The translations under genes and the position numbers were made by a program. A stretch of DNA of 64,000 bases from Octopus sinensis (lineage: Eukaryota). The notes under the pieces were generated by a model that searched no databases, was not told the DNA's origin, and was given only the letters and a program-made list of their open reading frames with translations. The stretch covers positions 138,880,001-138,944,000 of the forward strand of contig NC_043000.1 in the NCBI RefSeq assembly GCF_006345805.1. The letters run 5' to 3'. Positions 13,913 to 25,619 of this stretch are shown here, piece by piece; positions within the stretch are counted from its first letter, which is position 1, and each line of letters opens with the position of its first letter.

Positions 13913-14319
13913 TTCTTTTACTCTTTTACTTGTTTCAGTCATTTGACTGAGGCCATGCTGGAGCACCACCTTTAATCGAGCAACTCGACCTCGGGACTTA
14001 TTCTTTTGTAAGCCCAGTACTCATTCTATCAGTCTCTTTTGCCGAAATGCTAAGTAACGGGGACATAAACACACCAGCATCGGTTGTCAAGCAATGCTAG
14101 GGGGACAAACACAGACACACAAACACACACATGCATAAATATATATACATATATACGACGGGCTTCTTTTCAGTTTCCGTCTACCAAATCCACTCACAAG
14201 GCTTTGGTCGGCCCGAGGCTATAGTAGAAGACACTTGGTCAAGGTGCCATGCAGTGGGACTGAACCCGGAACCATGTGGTTGGTAAACAAGCTACTTACC
14301 ACACAGCCACTCCTGCGCC
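13913..14319 (-). mobile_element. SINE family B, full length
   Basis: Head ggcgcaggagtggctgtgtggtaagtagc, B-box-like GGTTCAGTCCC, tail (aagagta)n. Confidence 0.9.
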
Positions 14320-15339
14320 AGTTTGTAACATTTTAATCCTAAATTACAAAACATTTACCTAAATCAGCTTCTAGAAATTTCTCACATTGAATAATATGAA
14401 CATTTTATGTCACCTAATATATATGTATAAACATCTGATGCAGAGTGAGTACCTGAGCTGCTAGCTTCTAAAATCTGATTGGTAAAACAGAAAATAATTT
14501 ACTTTCTAGCTTAACATATTGTATTGATGAAATCATTTTAGATACATTACTTCATTAAAGTTTGGTTAAAATATTTAGAGTAAATTTAATAAAAAAGAAT
14601 GAATTTAAGAAAAAGCTGTATCTGGGTAAACTAGTGACAATCTATATCTGCAAGCAAGGAATAGTTAATGAAATCTTTAAAATATAATTTTTATGTTCTA
14701 TCATATAAGCTCATGTTCCTTCTACATATTTTATCCTGTTTAAAATTTATGAATTCTATTCTTTAATGGCATATTTTTTATAAAATTGTCATCACATGAC
14801 AAATGTATGTATAAAAATAACCTGTCCTATTCATGACTTGATGCCATAGGCAAAACAGTTTCAATAGGTATTTACTTGTCACATTCTAATGTATAACTAC
14901 AAAATTGTTACCAATCAAATTCCAAAAGCATTGTAATTGAAATTTGAAATCACCATCGTAGTAGCTGTCATCATTGTCATAAATTTTATGGCCTGTTTTT
15001 ACCATCTAGAATTGGGTTGGATGATATATTTGGGGTTAGAATTCTATCATCAGATGCTCTTCCTAATGCTAAATCTTAATTTCAAAGGAAAAGCATACCA
15101 CTAATCATCACATTCTAAAATCATGCAATGAGATTTACTGTTCATGTGAGACAAAAATAAACATCCCCAATGCCCCTGGTTTCTACAGCAGGATGCCCTT
15201 CCTAAAACCAACCACATTACAGAATGTTCTGGGTGCTTTCATGTGGCATCACACAGGTGCTTTTACATGGTGTTGCAAAGAGGCTTTTGCATGACCCCAC
15301 ACGGGCACTTTTACATGGCAACACCATGGGTGCTTTAAT

Positions 15340-15800
15340 GTTTTGGCTTTTCTAAGTGCAAGCATACCATTTTCCATCTGTACAAACATCTTTCCTACAA
15401 TATCCCAATTCTCACCGACACATTGTCTAGCAATCTGGATCATTTCAAGTCTCTGATTTTCAAGCTGTAGGACATTGGCAAACCTCTTCTTTTCTGCTTC
15501 TACCCTACCTAAAGAGATTTGACATCTAACCTTCCTTGTAGCCTTCTGACAGGAATCTTTGCTACCACATACTCTTTTCCATTTTTTCCAGAACCATTTC
15601 TTTTCTTTCATGGCCCTGTCAACGTCACTGTTCTACCACCACATCACCTTTTATCTGGCAGAGGCTTTGGTCTGTTGCTCTAAGTAGATTGTCCTGTAAG
15701 AACTTCCAGTTGTTCTCTACATCATATGTCTTTATCTCTCCCTCCTTCTCATCATAGGCCTCATTAAGTCCCAGCATAGCCGAGTCTAATGTAATGACTG
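15340..15800 (-). mobile_element. RTE-type LINE ORF2 fragment (region between endonuclease and RT), decayed
   Basis: ORFs 15625-15855 and 15249-15611 give NWKFLQDNLLRATDQ and KKWFWKKWK...EAEKKRFANVL...RQCVGENWDIVG. Confidence 0.7.
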
Positions 15801-15949
15801 AAAAAACTAAAAGATTAAAAGAAAGATATATATACATATATGTAAATTTATACAAATAGGGATAAGATCGTTAATTTAAAAATAAAATAACGATTTTATC
15901 AAGTGGTCAGCATGGAAAAAATAACCTTCAAAGGTAATAATTATTAAAA

Positions 15950-16278
15950 TTATAAATTAGGGTATCTACGAGATACCACCATGCTGAAAATAGCAGCCAA
16001 GATCTAACTCTAAAACCACCTCAATTGTCCATAAATCATATATATATATATGTATTTATGTTTCTCTTCTGTGCGTATTTTACTGATGAGGCAAAGCATT
16101 CCTAAATGCAAATTCAGAAATCTGGGATCTACAATTATCCAGTAATTTTTTACTAGTTTCATCTTGTCTCTTTGTTTTCTCTCCGTGTTAATTTATGGAC
16201 AATTAAGGTGGTTTTTAGAGTCAGATCATGGCTGCTATTTTCAGCATGGTGGTATCTGGTAGATACCCTAATTTATAA
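15950..16278. repeat. Inverted repeat, 88-bp arms, ~153-bp spacer
   Basis: 15950-16037 versus 16191-16278. Confidence 0.85.
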
Positions 16279-16494
16279 TATTATACATATATATAAATAA
16301 ATATAATTATAGTATTTCGGGATGGCCCTTTTATTTATCTATTTAGTTATTTTGCCAAATAAACACATACACTATATTTGTGTTTTTCTCCACTCAATTA
16401 TTACTGTTATTTTATTATTTTAACACCTGTCCATTGTCTGGAAATCTTTTGTCACACATCTGTGACCTCTTCAGAAACACAATAACAAACTATG

Positions 16495-16532
16495 CCCTTT
16501 TAACCCCGGGCAACGCTGGCTATCTCTGCTAG
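16495..16532 (+). mobile_element. Helitron-like 3' terminus
   Basis: aaccccgggcaacgctggctatctctgctag-t resembles the hairpin-plus-CTAG end of the other copies. 5' extent not defined. Confidence 0.45.
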
Positions 16533-16545
16533 TCATTTTATATAT

Positions 16546-16599
<54 letters not shown>

Positions 16600-16619
16600 C
16601 ACACACACACACATATTTA

Positions 16620-16752
16620 AAATGGTTAGAAACCATGCCAATGCAGGCACTGAAGCATGATGCTGTTCTTGGGCCCACTGTATCCTGTCAAACTGTCCAA
16701 TCCTTGCATGCGTGAAATATAGATGTTAGATGATGATGATGATGATGATGAT
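16620..16752 (+). mobile_element. RTE 3'-UTR-derived short repeat, decayed
   Basis: Ends in gttagatgatgatgat. Confidence 0.5.
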
Positions 16753-17224
16753 ATTCTATGTATATATGTATGTATATATGTATGTATGTATATATCAGGG
16801 CCAGCCTAAGGTTGCTGGTTCCCTTGGCAAGCTGAATTTTGGTGCCCTTACAAGTACAATTTTTTAAAGCTCTAACAAGGAGAAAAACTGAGAATGTAGA
16901 CTAAAAAGCATGTATGTCTGTTTGTATGTATGCATGTATGTATATATACACACATATATAAACCACAACAATAATGAAAACATGATTTATATTTCAGACA
17001 GATTACTGCTGTTCTATAATAATCTTGGAATAACTGAAGTTAATAATTAATCAAAGGCAATTCAGTTTTAATACAGTAGAAAATTATTTAATTACACTCA
17101 ACACTATCCTTTTAGATTCATTTTCAGACATAAATTGGCTATGTGCATTTGTCTATTACCGCAGTTATTTTAGTATCTAATAAATTATAGACTGAGACTA
17201 ACTAGTTTGGAAATTACATCAAAC

Positions 17225-17385
17225 TTATACATACATTCATACATCCATATGTACATCTGTACATACATGCATACATACATACATACATACATACATAAAT
17301 ACATACATACATACATACATACATACATACATACATACATACATACATACATACATACATACATGCATACATACATACATACATC
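17225..17385. repeat. (TACA)n microsatellite
   Basis: Direct reading; a second tract lies at 17745-17890. Confidence 0.95.
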
Positions 17386-17479
17386 CCTCTTTGAAAATGA
17401 AAGAAAAAGAGGATATCTCTGGACAACTGCTTCAAAACTTCCAGCTTCTATATCCAGACTATGAATTCATATTCATATC

Positions 17480-17735
17480 AATAATGATTGGAGCACAAGG
17501 TTTTGTTAATAAATGCTTAAAGGAGAATGTGGATGAACTGGAATTTTCTGAAAAATAAATTGTTTGGCTGATTCGTACATTATAAGTACACTCTGTGAGT
17601 GGAAGAGTAAAAGTATGCAAGACTTTTCTCAAGTTCTAAATGTGAATTTGTCTGTGTTAACTACATCCCAAAGATGGAGCCTTGTAGCTTTGTTGGAAAC
17701 TGACTCCCTCCTCAGTGGAAGATTTATAATAATTA
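17480..17735 (+). mobile_element. Second, more decayed copy of the RLE-LINE 3' end
   Basis: IGAQGFVNKCLKENVDELEFSEK, with downstream sequence homologous to the reverse complement of 19395-19560. Confidence 0.55.
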
Positions 17736-17858
17736 AAAAATAGAAGATACATACATGCATACATGCATACATGCATACATACATACATGCATACATACAT
17801 ACATACATACATACATACATACATACATACCATACATACATACATATACATACATACA

Positions 17859-17887
<29 letters not shown>

Positions 17888-17890
<3 letters not shown>

Positions 17891-18350
17891 GCATCAGTGG
17901 TGCTTCTACCTGACACAAATTCAAATTGCATCTTATTTAGGTTGACTCTCTTCCTAATTGATTAAGCTATGACCTTTTCTGTAACTTTCATCACCTGGTC
18001 CAGCAATTTGATGCCTCTGTAATTATTTCTGTCTAAGACATCACCCTTGTCTTTGTAGCAGATGACTATATTGCAGCTACACCAATCGGGGGTTATGACT
18101 CACTTATAGACAACCTGATTAACTATATGGGTGACTAGGTCATATCCCACCCTGCCAGATATTTTAAGCATCTCAGTGGTGATTCCTGATTGGCCAGGAT
18201 CTTTCCCTGTCTTCACATCCTTAATTGTTTTATCAAGCCACTGTTAATTTGGATAGCTGGCCCCTCTTTTGGGTTCACATTAGGCAAGCTCTCCTTCTCC
18301 CATGCATTCTCTAATTCTAGCAACCTTTCATAGTGACAAAGTAACTTTTC
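17888..18350 (-). mobile_element. RTE-type LINE reverse transcriptase N-terminal fragment, decayed
   Basis: KGDVLDRNNYRGIKLLDQVMKVTEKVIA...MQFEFVSGRSTTDAI resembles the RT NYRGIKLL and QFGF..GRSTTDAI motifs. Confidence 0.8.
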
Positions 18351-18437
18351 ATAGATGTATGTATAAATTTGAATCCATATCTGTGTGAATGCTCTGTGTG
18401 TACTTCTTATGAGTAATTTTTCATATATGTACGTATA

Positions 18438-18842
18438 TACTCTTTTACTCTTTTGCTTGTTTCAGTCATTTGACTGTGGCCATGCTGGAGCACTGACTTT
18501 AGTCGAGCAAATCGACCCCAGGACTTATTCTTTCTAAGCCTAGTACTTATTCTATCGGTATTTTTTGATGGACCGCTAAGTTATGGGGGACGTAAGTACA
18601 TCAGCATCGGTTGTCAAGTGATGTTGGTGGGGGGGACAAACACAGACACACAAACATATACGCACACACATACATATAAATACATATATATGACAGGCTT
18701 CTTTCAGTTTCCGTCTACCAAGGCTTTGGTCAGCCCGAGGCTACCGGAGAAGACACTTACCCAAGGTGCCACGCAGTGGGATTGAACCCAAAACCATGTG
18801 GTTGGTAAACAAGCTACTTACCACACAGCCACTCCTATGCCT
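18438..18842 (-). mobile_element. SINE family B, full length
   Basis: Same head and tail as 13913-14319. Confidence 0.9.
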
Positions 18843-19317
18843 ATACATGTATACATTTATATTTTATTGATGGATCTAATTACTGTTCTCTACATCTGAA
18901 TATACCCATCTTCATACACACTTTAACATTAAGCTTACTCTAACTATAGGAGGAACTCCTGCATTTCATTCCCCATATGTATGTTTTCTCATTGGCAATG
19001 CTTCTCTGTGTATATACATAAATGCAGTTGTTTTTCCCAAATAAATTGCACTTCATATTTCAAGTTCTGATGAAGCTGTAAGGTGTTACTCAGGCACTTA
19101 AATATGATTCCACTGCAGCTTATAGCAGAAACAGCTTTAAGTTAATAAAGCTCATAAGATAGCTGTTTATTCTTCTGTCATCTCATTTGCTTATAAATAT
19201 ACATTCATAATTGAAAACATACAAATATCTATAATCAGATATATTTAATCAATTGCCTGAAGTTATTGTTGATTTGCCTCAGGGTTAACAAATATAAGTA
19301 TGTATGTATGTATGTAT

Positions 19318-19348
<31 letters not shown>

Positions 19349-19394
19349 CATGTGTGTATGCAAGTAAGTATGTATGTATGTCTGTTCTGTTTTT

Positions 19395-19743
19395 AATCAT
19401 TTAAATTCTTCCTCTGAAGAAGGAGCTGGTTTCTAACAAAGATACAAATCTCCATCTTTGGAATGTAGATAACGGAAACAATGTCACATTTCAAACATGA
19501 GAAAAGTCTTCCATAGTTTTACTTTTCCACTTACACATTATATTTATAATACGTGAATCAGTTAGTAGTTTTTGGGTTTTTTTCTGAGAATCCAAGTTTA
19601 ACCAGACTAAGAGTCAAGCATTTAATTATAAAACCAAGTGCTCCAATTATTATTGGTATAAATGTAAATTTGTAGTCTGGATATAGAAGCTGGATGTTCT
19701 GAAGCCATTGTCCATAGTTATCTTCTTTCTCTTTGATTTTCAA
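19395..19743 (-). mobile_element. Restriction-like-endonuclease non-LTR element (R4/CRE-like) 3' end
   Basis: KEKEDNYGQWLQNIQLLYPDYKFTFIPIIIGALG is typical of the RLE C-terminus. The 3' UTR matches 17480-17735. Confidence 0.7.
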
Positions 19744-19755
19744 ATATATATTCTC

Positions 19756-19972
19756 TCTCTTTTACTCTTTTACTTGTTTCAGTCATTTGACTGCAGCCAT
19801 GCTGAAGCACCACATTTAGTCGAGCAAATCGACCCCAGGACTAATTCTTTGTAAGCCTAGTACTTATTCTATCGGTCTCTTTTGCCAAACCGCTAAGTTA
19901 CAGAATGTAATCACACCAGCATCAGTTGTCAGGCGATGGTGGTGGGAGACAAACATAGACACACAAACATAT

Positions 19973-20059
<87 letters not shown>

Positions 20060-20225
20060 TACGACAGGCTTCTTTCAGTTTCTGTATACCAAATCCACTC
20101 ACAAGGCTTTGGTCAGCCGGAGGCTATAGTAGAAGACACTTGCCCAAGGTGCCACGTAGTGGGACTGAACCTGGAACCATGTGAGTGGTAAGCAAGCTAC
20201 TTACCACTCAGCCATTTCTGCACCT
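19756..20225 (-). mobile_element. SINE family B, full length
   Basis: Same head and tail, with an expanded internal (TA)n. Confidence 0.9.
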
Positions 20226-20644
20226 ATATATTCACATCAGCAAGACAGCTGACCTCTTATACAATATATTCTTTTTCTTGTCTGTCCCAAACAACAATGT
20301 CTGGCCTGTTATGTGTACACTTGACAGCTGATTTGATGAGAATGTTCCACCAGTATTCCTTGATGCTGATATTTGTGTATGTATTCAAAAAAAGAGGGAT
20401 TCTCTATATTTATTCCAGAACAGTTTTCTTTTTCTGAATGGCATTGTATATTGTTTTTGCAACAATGTCATGTCACATAGGAACGTAGGGCCTTGATGAC
20501 ATTTTTGAACAGCAGCTAAACACATGTGTAAAGTCTTCCACAGAAATATGTCATAATCTACATTTATAGTTGCATCTTGGAACTCCAAGGGCTTCACTGT
20601 CTCTTTAGTCGACTAGGTATTTAGTAGCAATCTCCTGTTCTTGG

Positions 20645-20657
20645 ATTGTATGTATGA

Positions 20658-20690
<33 letters not shown>

Positions 20691-20905
20691 TGTATGTATG
20701 TATGTATGTATGTATGTATGTGTGTGTGTGTATGTATGTATGCATGCATGTATTTATGTATGTATGTATGCATGTATGTATGTATGTATGTATGTATGTA
20801 TGTATATGTGTGTGTGTGTATGTATGTATGTATGTATGTATGTATGTATGTATGTATGTATGTATGTGTGTGTGTATGTATGTATGTATGTATGTATGCA
20901 TGTAT
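20645..20905. repeat. (TATG)n/(TG)n microsatellite
   Basis: Direct reading. Confidence 0.95.
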
Positions 20906-20919
20906 ACTATATGTATATC

Positions 20920-21650
20920 ATCACCATCGTTTAACATCTGCTTTCCATGCTGGCATAGGTTAGATGCTTTGACTGAGGGCTGGCGAGCCAGAAGGCTGCA
21001 CCAGGCTTCAATCTGATCTGGCAAAGTTTCTACATTGGATGCTCTTTCTAACACCAACCACTCCAAGAGTGTAGTGGGTGCTTTTACATGCCACCAGCAC
21101 ATGAGCCAGTCAGGTGGCACTGCCAACGACCATGCTTGAATGCTGTTCTTATGTACCACCCGCACAGGAACCGGTCAGGTGGCACTGGCAATGATCATGC
21201 TCGAATGGTGCTTTTAACGTTCCACTGGCTCGAGTGCCAATCAGGTAATACCGTCATCGGCCATGACAACAATTTCACTTGCCTCAACAGGTCTTCGCAA
21301 GTGCAATTTATTGTCCAATGATTGAAGGGTACTCTTAAATGAGCTGGTTATACTGCTCTGGCATAGACAATGGTTATGGTCTCACTTGGCTTGCCTGGTC
21401 TTTAAAGCACAGCATATCTCCAAAGGTCTTGGTCACTTGTCATAGCCTCGGTGAGGCCTAATATTTGAAGGTCGTGCTTCAGCACCTCATCCTAGGTCCT
21501 CCTGAGTCTACCTCTTCCACAAGTTCCCTCTACTGCTAGGGTGTGACACTTTTTCACACAGCTGTCCTCATCCATTCGCAATACATGACCATACCAGAGA
21601 AGTCGTCTCTCTTTCACACCACATCTGATGCTTCTTAAGTCCAACATGCA
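20920..21650 (-). mobile_element. RTE-clade LINE 3' end: ORF2 C-terminus plus 3' UTR
   Basis: The minus strand gives LLWYGHVLRMDEDSCVKKCHTLAVEGTCGRGR...DLWRYAVL-like sequence, then the UTR shared with the (GAT)n-tailed repeats. Confidence 0.8.
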
Positions 21651-22214
21651 TACATACATATATATATATATAAGTATGTATAATCTAGTTGAGTTAACAG
21701 TTTCTCATGAAAATAACATGGACATAGCTGAGGCTTGAAATGCTGATGGTTATAAAAACCTCTTTGAGGAATGTGAAGACAGGCTGGATAGTAGGGTATT
21801 TTCTAATCAAAGATAGATGTAGAGGATTCGTTCGAAACAGTGTGAGGTGACTGTTGTTATTGTTAGGTCTAACTTGTAAAGAAAATACCACCACAAGTGA
21901 TATATATACTACAGTGGAAATGGTAAGCTACTGGATTCAATTAAAAAGAGACAATTAGCAATGGATAGATGAATATTGTGTGAAACCTGAATATCAGATG
22001 ATTTAGTGAGGAGGCCCTCATTTCAGTGAAGGTGGCTTGTGTGCAATGATGCCATCAAAAGGTAAACTCTGAAACAGTGTGCATTCTCTCCTATTGACCC
22101 CATAAACTTGCTAGCATCTGGTATGCGAAACTTTCAACTGGTATCATTTGCATCTCTAAGCCTTTTGCAGAAAAAAATGCTGTTTTCAAAACAATATATA
22201 CATATATATATATA

Positions 22215-23203
22215 AAACGTTATTGGTGAATTGAAGAAATGGAGCTGAACGCAGATTGAACAGAAATCGTTTTATTTCATTCTACACGTGTTTCGAAAGG
22301 CACAAATTACCAAAATCCGATTGAATAATGGGACCATATTGTGTCTTTCTCTTCAGGAAGAAAAAAGGAAATCCGCTGGAAAACAAAAACAGAACAGAGG
22401 CGGAGCAAAAGCAAATCGAACTATGCTCCTAAGAGCCCATGGCGAAATGTTTATCAGTGTATGTTGAGAACCGGTGGCTGAAGAATTCAACGGGTCAGGC
22501 ATCGGTCAATCATGTGGGTGAGGGTGTATAGATGTTCTTTGTGACCGAGCATAAAGTTCTGACTATTTAAGGAATATTGGATGTTTTATAAGGGGCGAGA
22601 AAAAATCTACTTAGAGACGTGTGTGTGTGTATACTGTTCTATATATGTGTGTGTTGGCGTAGGGGTAGAAAAACATTTTTTGTGTACGTGTTGCGTTTGA
22701 TCGTTCGGCTGTCAGTGGCTACTGCCGTGATAACCGTTGGGTGGCAGAAAGAAAAAAATATATATATTATGTTTTATGTGTGTGTGTGTTTCATCTAAGC
22801 CTGCCTTGTCAAGGAAACCCCCGCTGTGAAAAAACCAAGCCCCGTTTGTCTTACAGGAGTAATTCCCCTTGCAGTGGTTAATCGTAGATATCTTAAAGGC
22901 TATTTCAGAATTTGTTACCAAGGGCTATGGGTGCCGGTATTATTTATAAACGCTATTTAAAAGCCAGATAAGTGTAACGCCGCCAATGGGGGCATCGAAA
23001 AGCCGACTGTAAGAGCCCGTTTACCATCCGGCCTCTGGCAAACAAAATATGGAAGAGTCGGAGACACAAAGGTTGCACTGTCTTCTGCCCCTATCAAATG
23101 GGAGGGCCACCGACAAAATTGACCATTCCAGCCTATAGCTTAAGTTCGTATCCTTCAGTCGCCATATTAGCTTACTGAGTCCCGTGGTCTGGCGCTTGTT
23201 CAC
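22215..23203 (-). mobile_element. Inverted partial copy of the same Penelope-like element (left arm of the palindrome)
   Basis: Reverse complement of 23733-24719. The minus ORF 23021-23203 gives NKRQTTGLSKLIWRLKDTNLSYRLEWSILSVALPFDRGRRQCNLCVS. Preceded by (TA)n. Confidence 0.9.
22275..22364 (-). ncRNA. Type I hammerhead ribozyme, second copy in the inverted arm
   Basis: Reverse complement of 24570-24659, with the same core and the same stem II mismatch. Confidence 0.8.
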
Positions 23204-23582
23204 AGCCTCTTCCGCTCCCGGTTTAATGCTCAGTAGGAATAATTATAGTAGTAATAATGATATGAGAGCCAGTACAGTGACACATAATCTCAGCTCCAGC
23301 CAGGGAGTACCCACTAGGGGTATAGTTATAAATAGGGGTGTTGTGGTTGACGGTAACAATGGGGAGTAGGGTAGAGAGCCCCAATAGCATCCCCAGCATC
23401 ATTTCCCGCAATAGCAGCACCACGGGCAGTAGCAATGACAGCACTCTGATAGATAGTGGAGAATCAGGGGTTATTCCTATAGTTAATAGTGACGTAGTGG
23501 AAATAGGGTAGTAAGCGGCTGCAGGTCTCGGAACGAATATAGTGACAGGAACGCAGTTCTAATTTCAGAAACTAATCCTAGC

Positions 23583-23981
23583 AGATTAAGATTCACGTCG
23601 GCGAACTCCAAGATCAAAAACGCCGTCTACCAATGCAAGGTTTACACGGACTCAGATGTCTTCACTTATGTAGGGGCATCATCCTCAAGATTGTCTTTGC
23701 GTGTCTCCAACCATTACGCAACTTTTCGGGACGTGAACAAGCGCCAGACCACGGGACTCAGTAAGCTAATATGGCGACTGAAGGATACGAACTTAAGCTA
23801 TAGGCTGGAATGGTCAATTTGTCGGTGGCCCTCCCATTTGATAGGGGCAGAAGACAGTGCAACCTTGTGTCTCCGAACTCTTCCATATTTTGTTTGCCAG
23901 AGGCCGGATGGTAACGGGCTCTTACAGTCGGCTTTTCGATGCCCCCATTGGCGGCGTTACACTTATCTGGCTTTTAAATAG
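23583..23981 (+). pseudogene. GIY-YIG endonuclease domain fragment of the PLE ORF, frameshifted in this copy
   Basis: GIY-YIG motifs plus a C-terminal CNLC...CPH. Single-base deletions in homopolymers relative to the left arm break the frame. TAG at 23979-23981. Confidence 0.8.
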
Positions 23982-24569
23982 CGTTTATAAATAATACCGG
24001 CACCCATAGCCCTGGTAACAAATTCTGAAATAGCCTTTAAGATATCTACGATTAACCACTGCAAGGGGAATTACTCCTGTAAGACAAACGGGGCTTGGTT
24101 TTTTCACAGCGGGGGTTTCCTTGACAAGGCAGGCTTAGATGAACACACACACACATAAAACATAATATATATATATTTTTTTCTTTCTGCCACCCAACGG
24201 TTATCACGGCAGTAGCCACTGACAGCCGAACGATCAAACGCACACACGTACACAAAAAATGTTTTCTACCCCTACGCCAACACACACATATATAGAACAG
24301 TATACACACACACACGTCTCTAAGTAGATTTTTTCTCGCCCCTTATAAAACATCCAATATTCCTTAAATAGTCAGAACTTTATGCTCGGTCACAAAGAAC
24401 ATCTATACACCCTCACCCACATGATTGACCGATGCCTGACCCGTTGAATTCTTCAGCCACCGGTTCTCAACATACACTGATAAACAGTTTCGCCATGGGC
24501 TCTTAGGAGCATAGTTCGATTTGCTTTTGCTCCGCCTCTGTCTGTTTTGTTTTTCCAGCGGATTTCCTT

Positions 24570-24659
24570 TTTTCTTCCTGAAGAGAAAGACACAATATGG
24601 TCCCATTATTCAATCGGATTTTGGTAATTTGTGCCTTTCGAAACACGTGTAGAATGAAA
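24570..24659 (+). ncRNA. Type I hammerhead ribozyme (PLE-associated, palindromic stem III)
   Basis: CUGAAGA at 24578-84. Stem II GAAAGACAC/GUGCCUUUC with one A-C mismatch. GAAA at 24640-43. Stem III AC-ACGU-GU. GUA cleavage triplet ends at 24651. Stem I UUUUCUUC/GAAUGAAA. Confidence 0.8.
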
Positions 24660-24864
24660 TAAAACGATTTCTGTTCAATCTGCGTTCAGCTCCATTTCTT
24701 CAATTCACCAATAACGTTTAATTTCAATTATCCGCACCAACGCACGGTTGCAACGCCAGATGGTTGTACCTCCAACCGTGCTGTTACTGCTGTGATTTTT
24801 GCTACTAAGGTATCGGTTAAACTTTTGATTAATCTACTACAAGATTATTCATCTTTCTATTTCA

Positions 24865-24883
24865 CATATATATATATATAATA

Positions 24884-24972
<89 letters not shown>
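24865..24972. repeat. (TA)n microsatellite at the 3' end of the PLE
   Basis: Direct reading. Confidence 0.95.
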
Positions 24973-25464
24973 GCCAATTATCTAAAGCAAAAATAATTAC
25001 ATCTATCGTTTTAAGAAATAGTCTCATCTCATTTCATGTAAACATCGGCAAATTACTCTATAGAAATTATCCTAATTTAAATTCCAAATTAATAGGCATC
25101 AAGAGCTAGATTGTCCCACATTGAATAGTTTAATTGAATATTGCACAAAAAGAATCTTAAAGTGTGGCTATTCTGTTTTTTAAACTTGACACAATGGCTT
25201 TGTATAATTTGAATTAATTGCTATTTTTTGTGGATTTCTCGTTTTTTGATTGAGTCTTGTTGAAACAATAGCACTGAATGGGTATATTTTACACTCTCAT
25301 CAATATTATTGTGATTTGATTAGTCTTCTGTCATTATTTATTTAGAATTTTAAATGCCGATTATTTGATGTGGCTCTAGCTTAAGGGTATTCAAATATGC
25401 ACAACTTCTTGACAAGCTTCCATGAATCAAGGGGCATTTAAAAGAAAATTTATCTGTTTGGTAC

Positions 25465-25619
25465 AGACGTGGTAGTGTGGTAAGAAGTTTGGTTCCTAAC
25501 CACATGGTCCTACGCTTAGTCTTACTGCGTGGCACCTTGGGCAAATGTCTTCAACTACAGCCTTGGGCCGATCAAAGCCTGTGAGTGGATCTGGTAGATC
25601 AAAACTGAATGAAGCCCAT

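Larger units (their letters stand above)
23204..24865 (+). mobile_element. 5'-truncated Penelope-like retroelement: S/N-rich linker, GIY-YIG endonuclease 3' end, and ~880-nt 3' UTR/pLTR with a hammerhead
   Basis: The frame from 23583 reads RLRFTSANSKIKNAVYQCKVYTDSDVFTYVGASSSRLSLRVSNHYATF...TGLSKLIWRLK...EWSI, a GIY-YIG pattern (AVY...TYVG...R...H). A hammerhead lies at 24570-24659 and the copy ends in (TA)n. The 3' boundary is approximate. Confidence 0.85.

Noticed and set aside
19405-19450. CUGAAGA in the RLE-LINE 3' UTR as a hammerhead
   Set aside because: No GAAA or stem II closure at a suitable distance.
21694-22065. Possible small exons (minus 21760-21874; plus ~22027-22061)
   Set aside because: Splice-like sites exist, but the peptides are unrecognisable and the chance rate is high.
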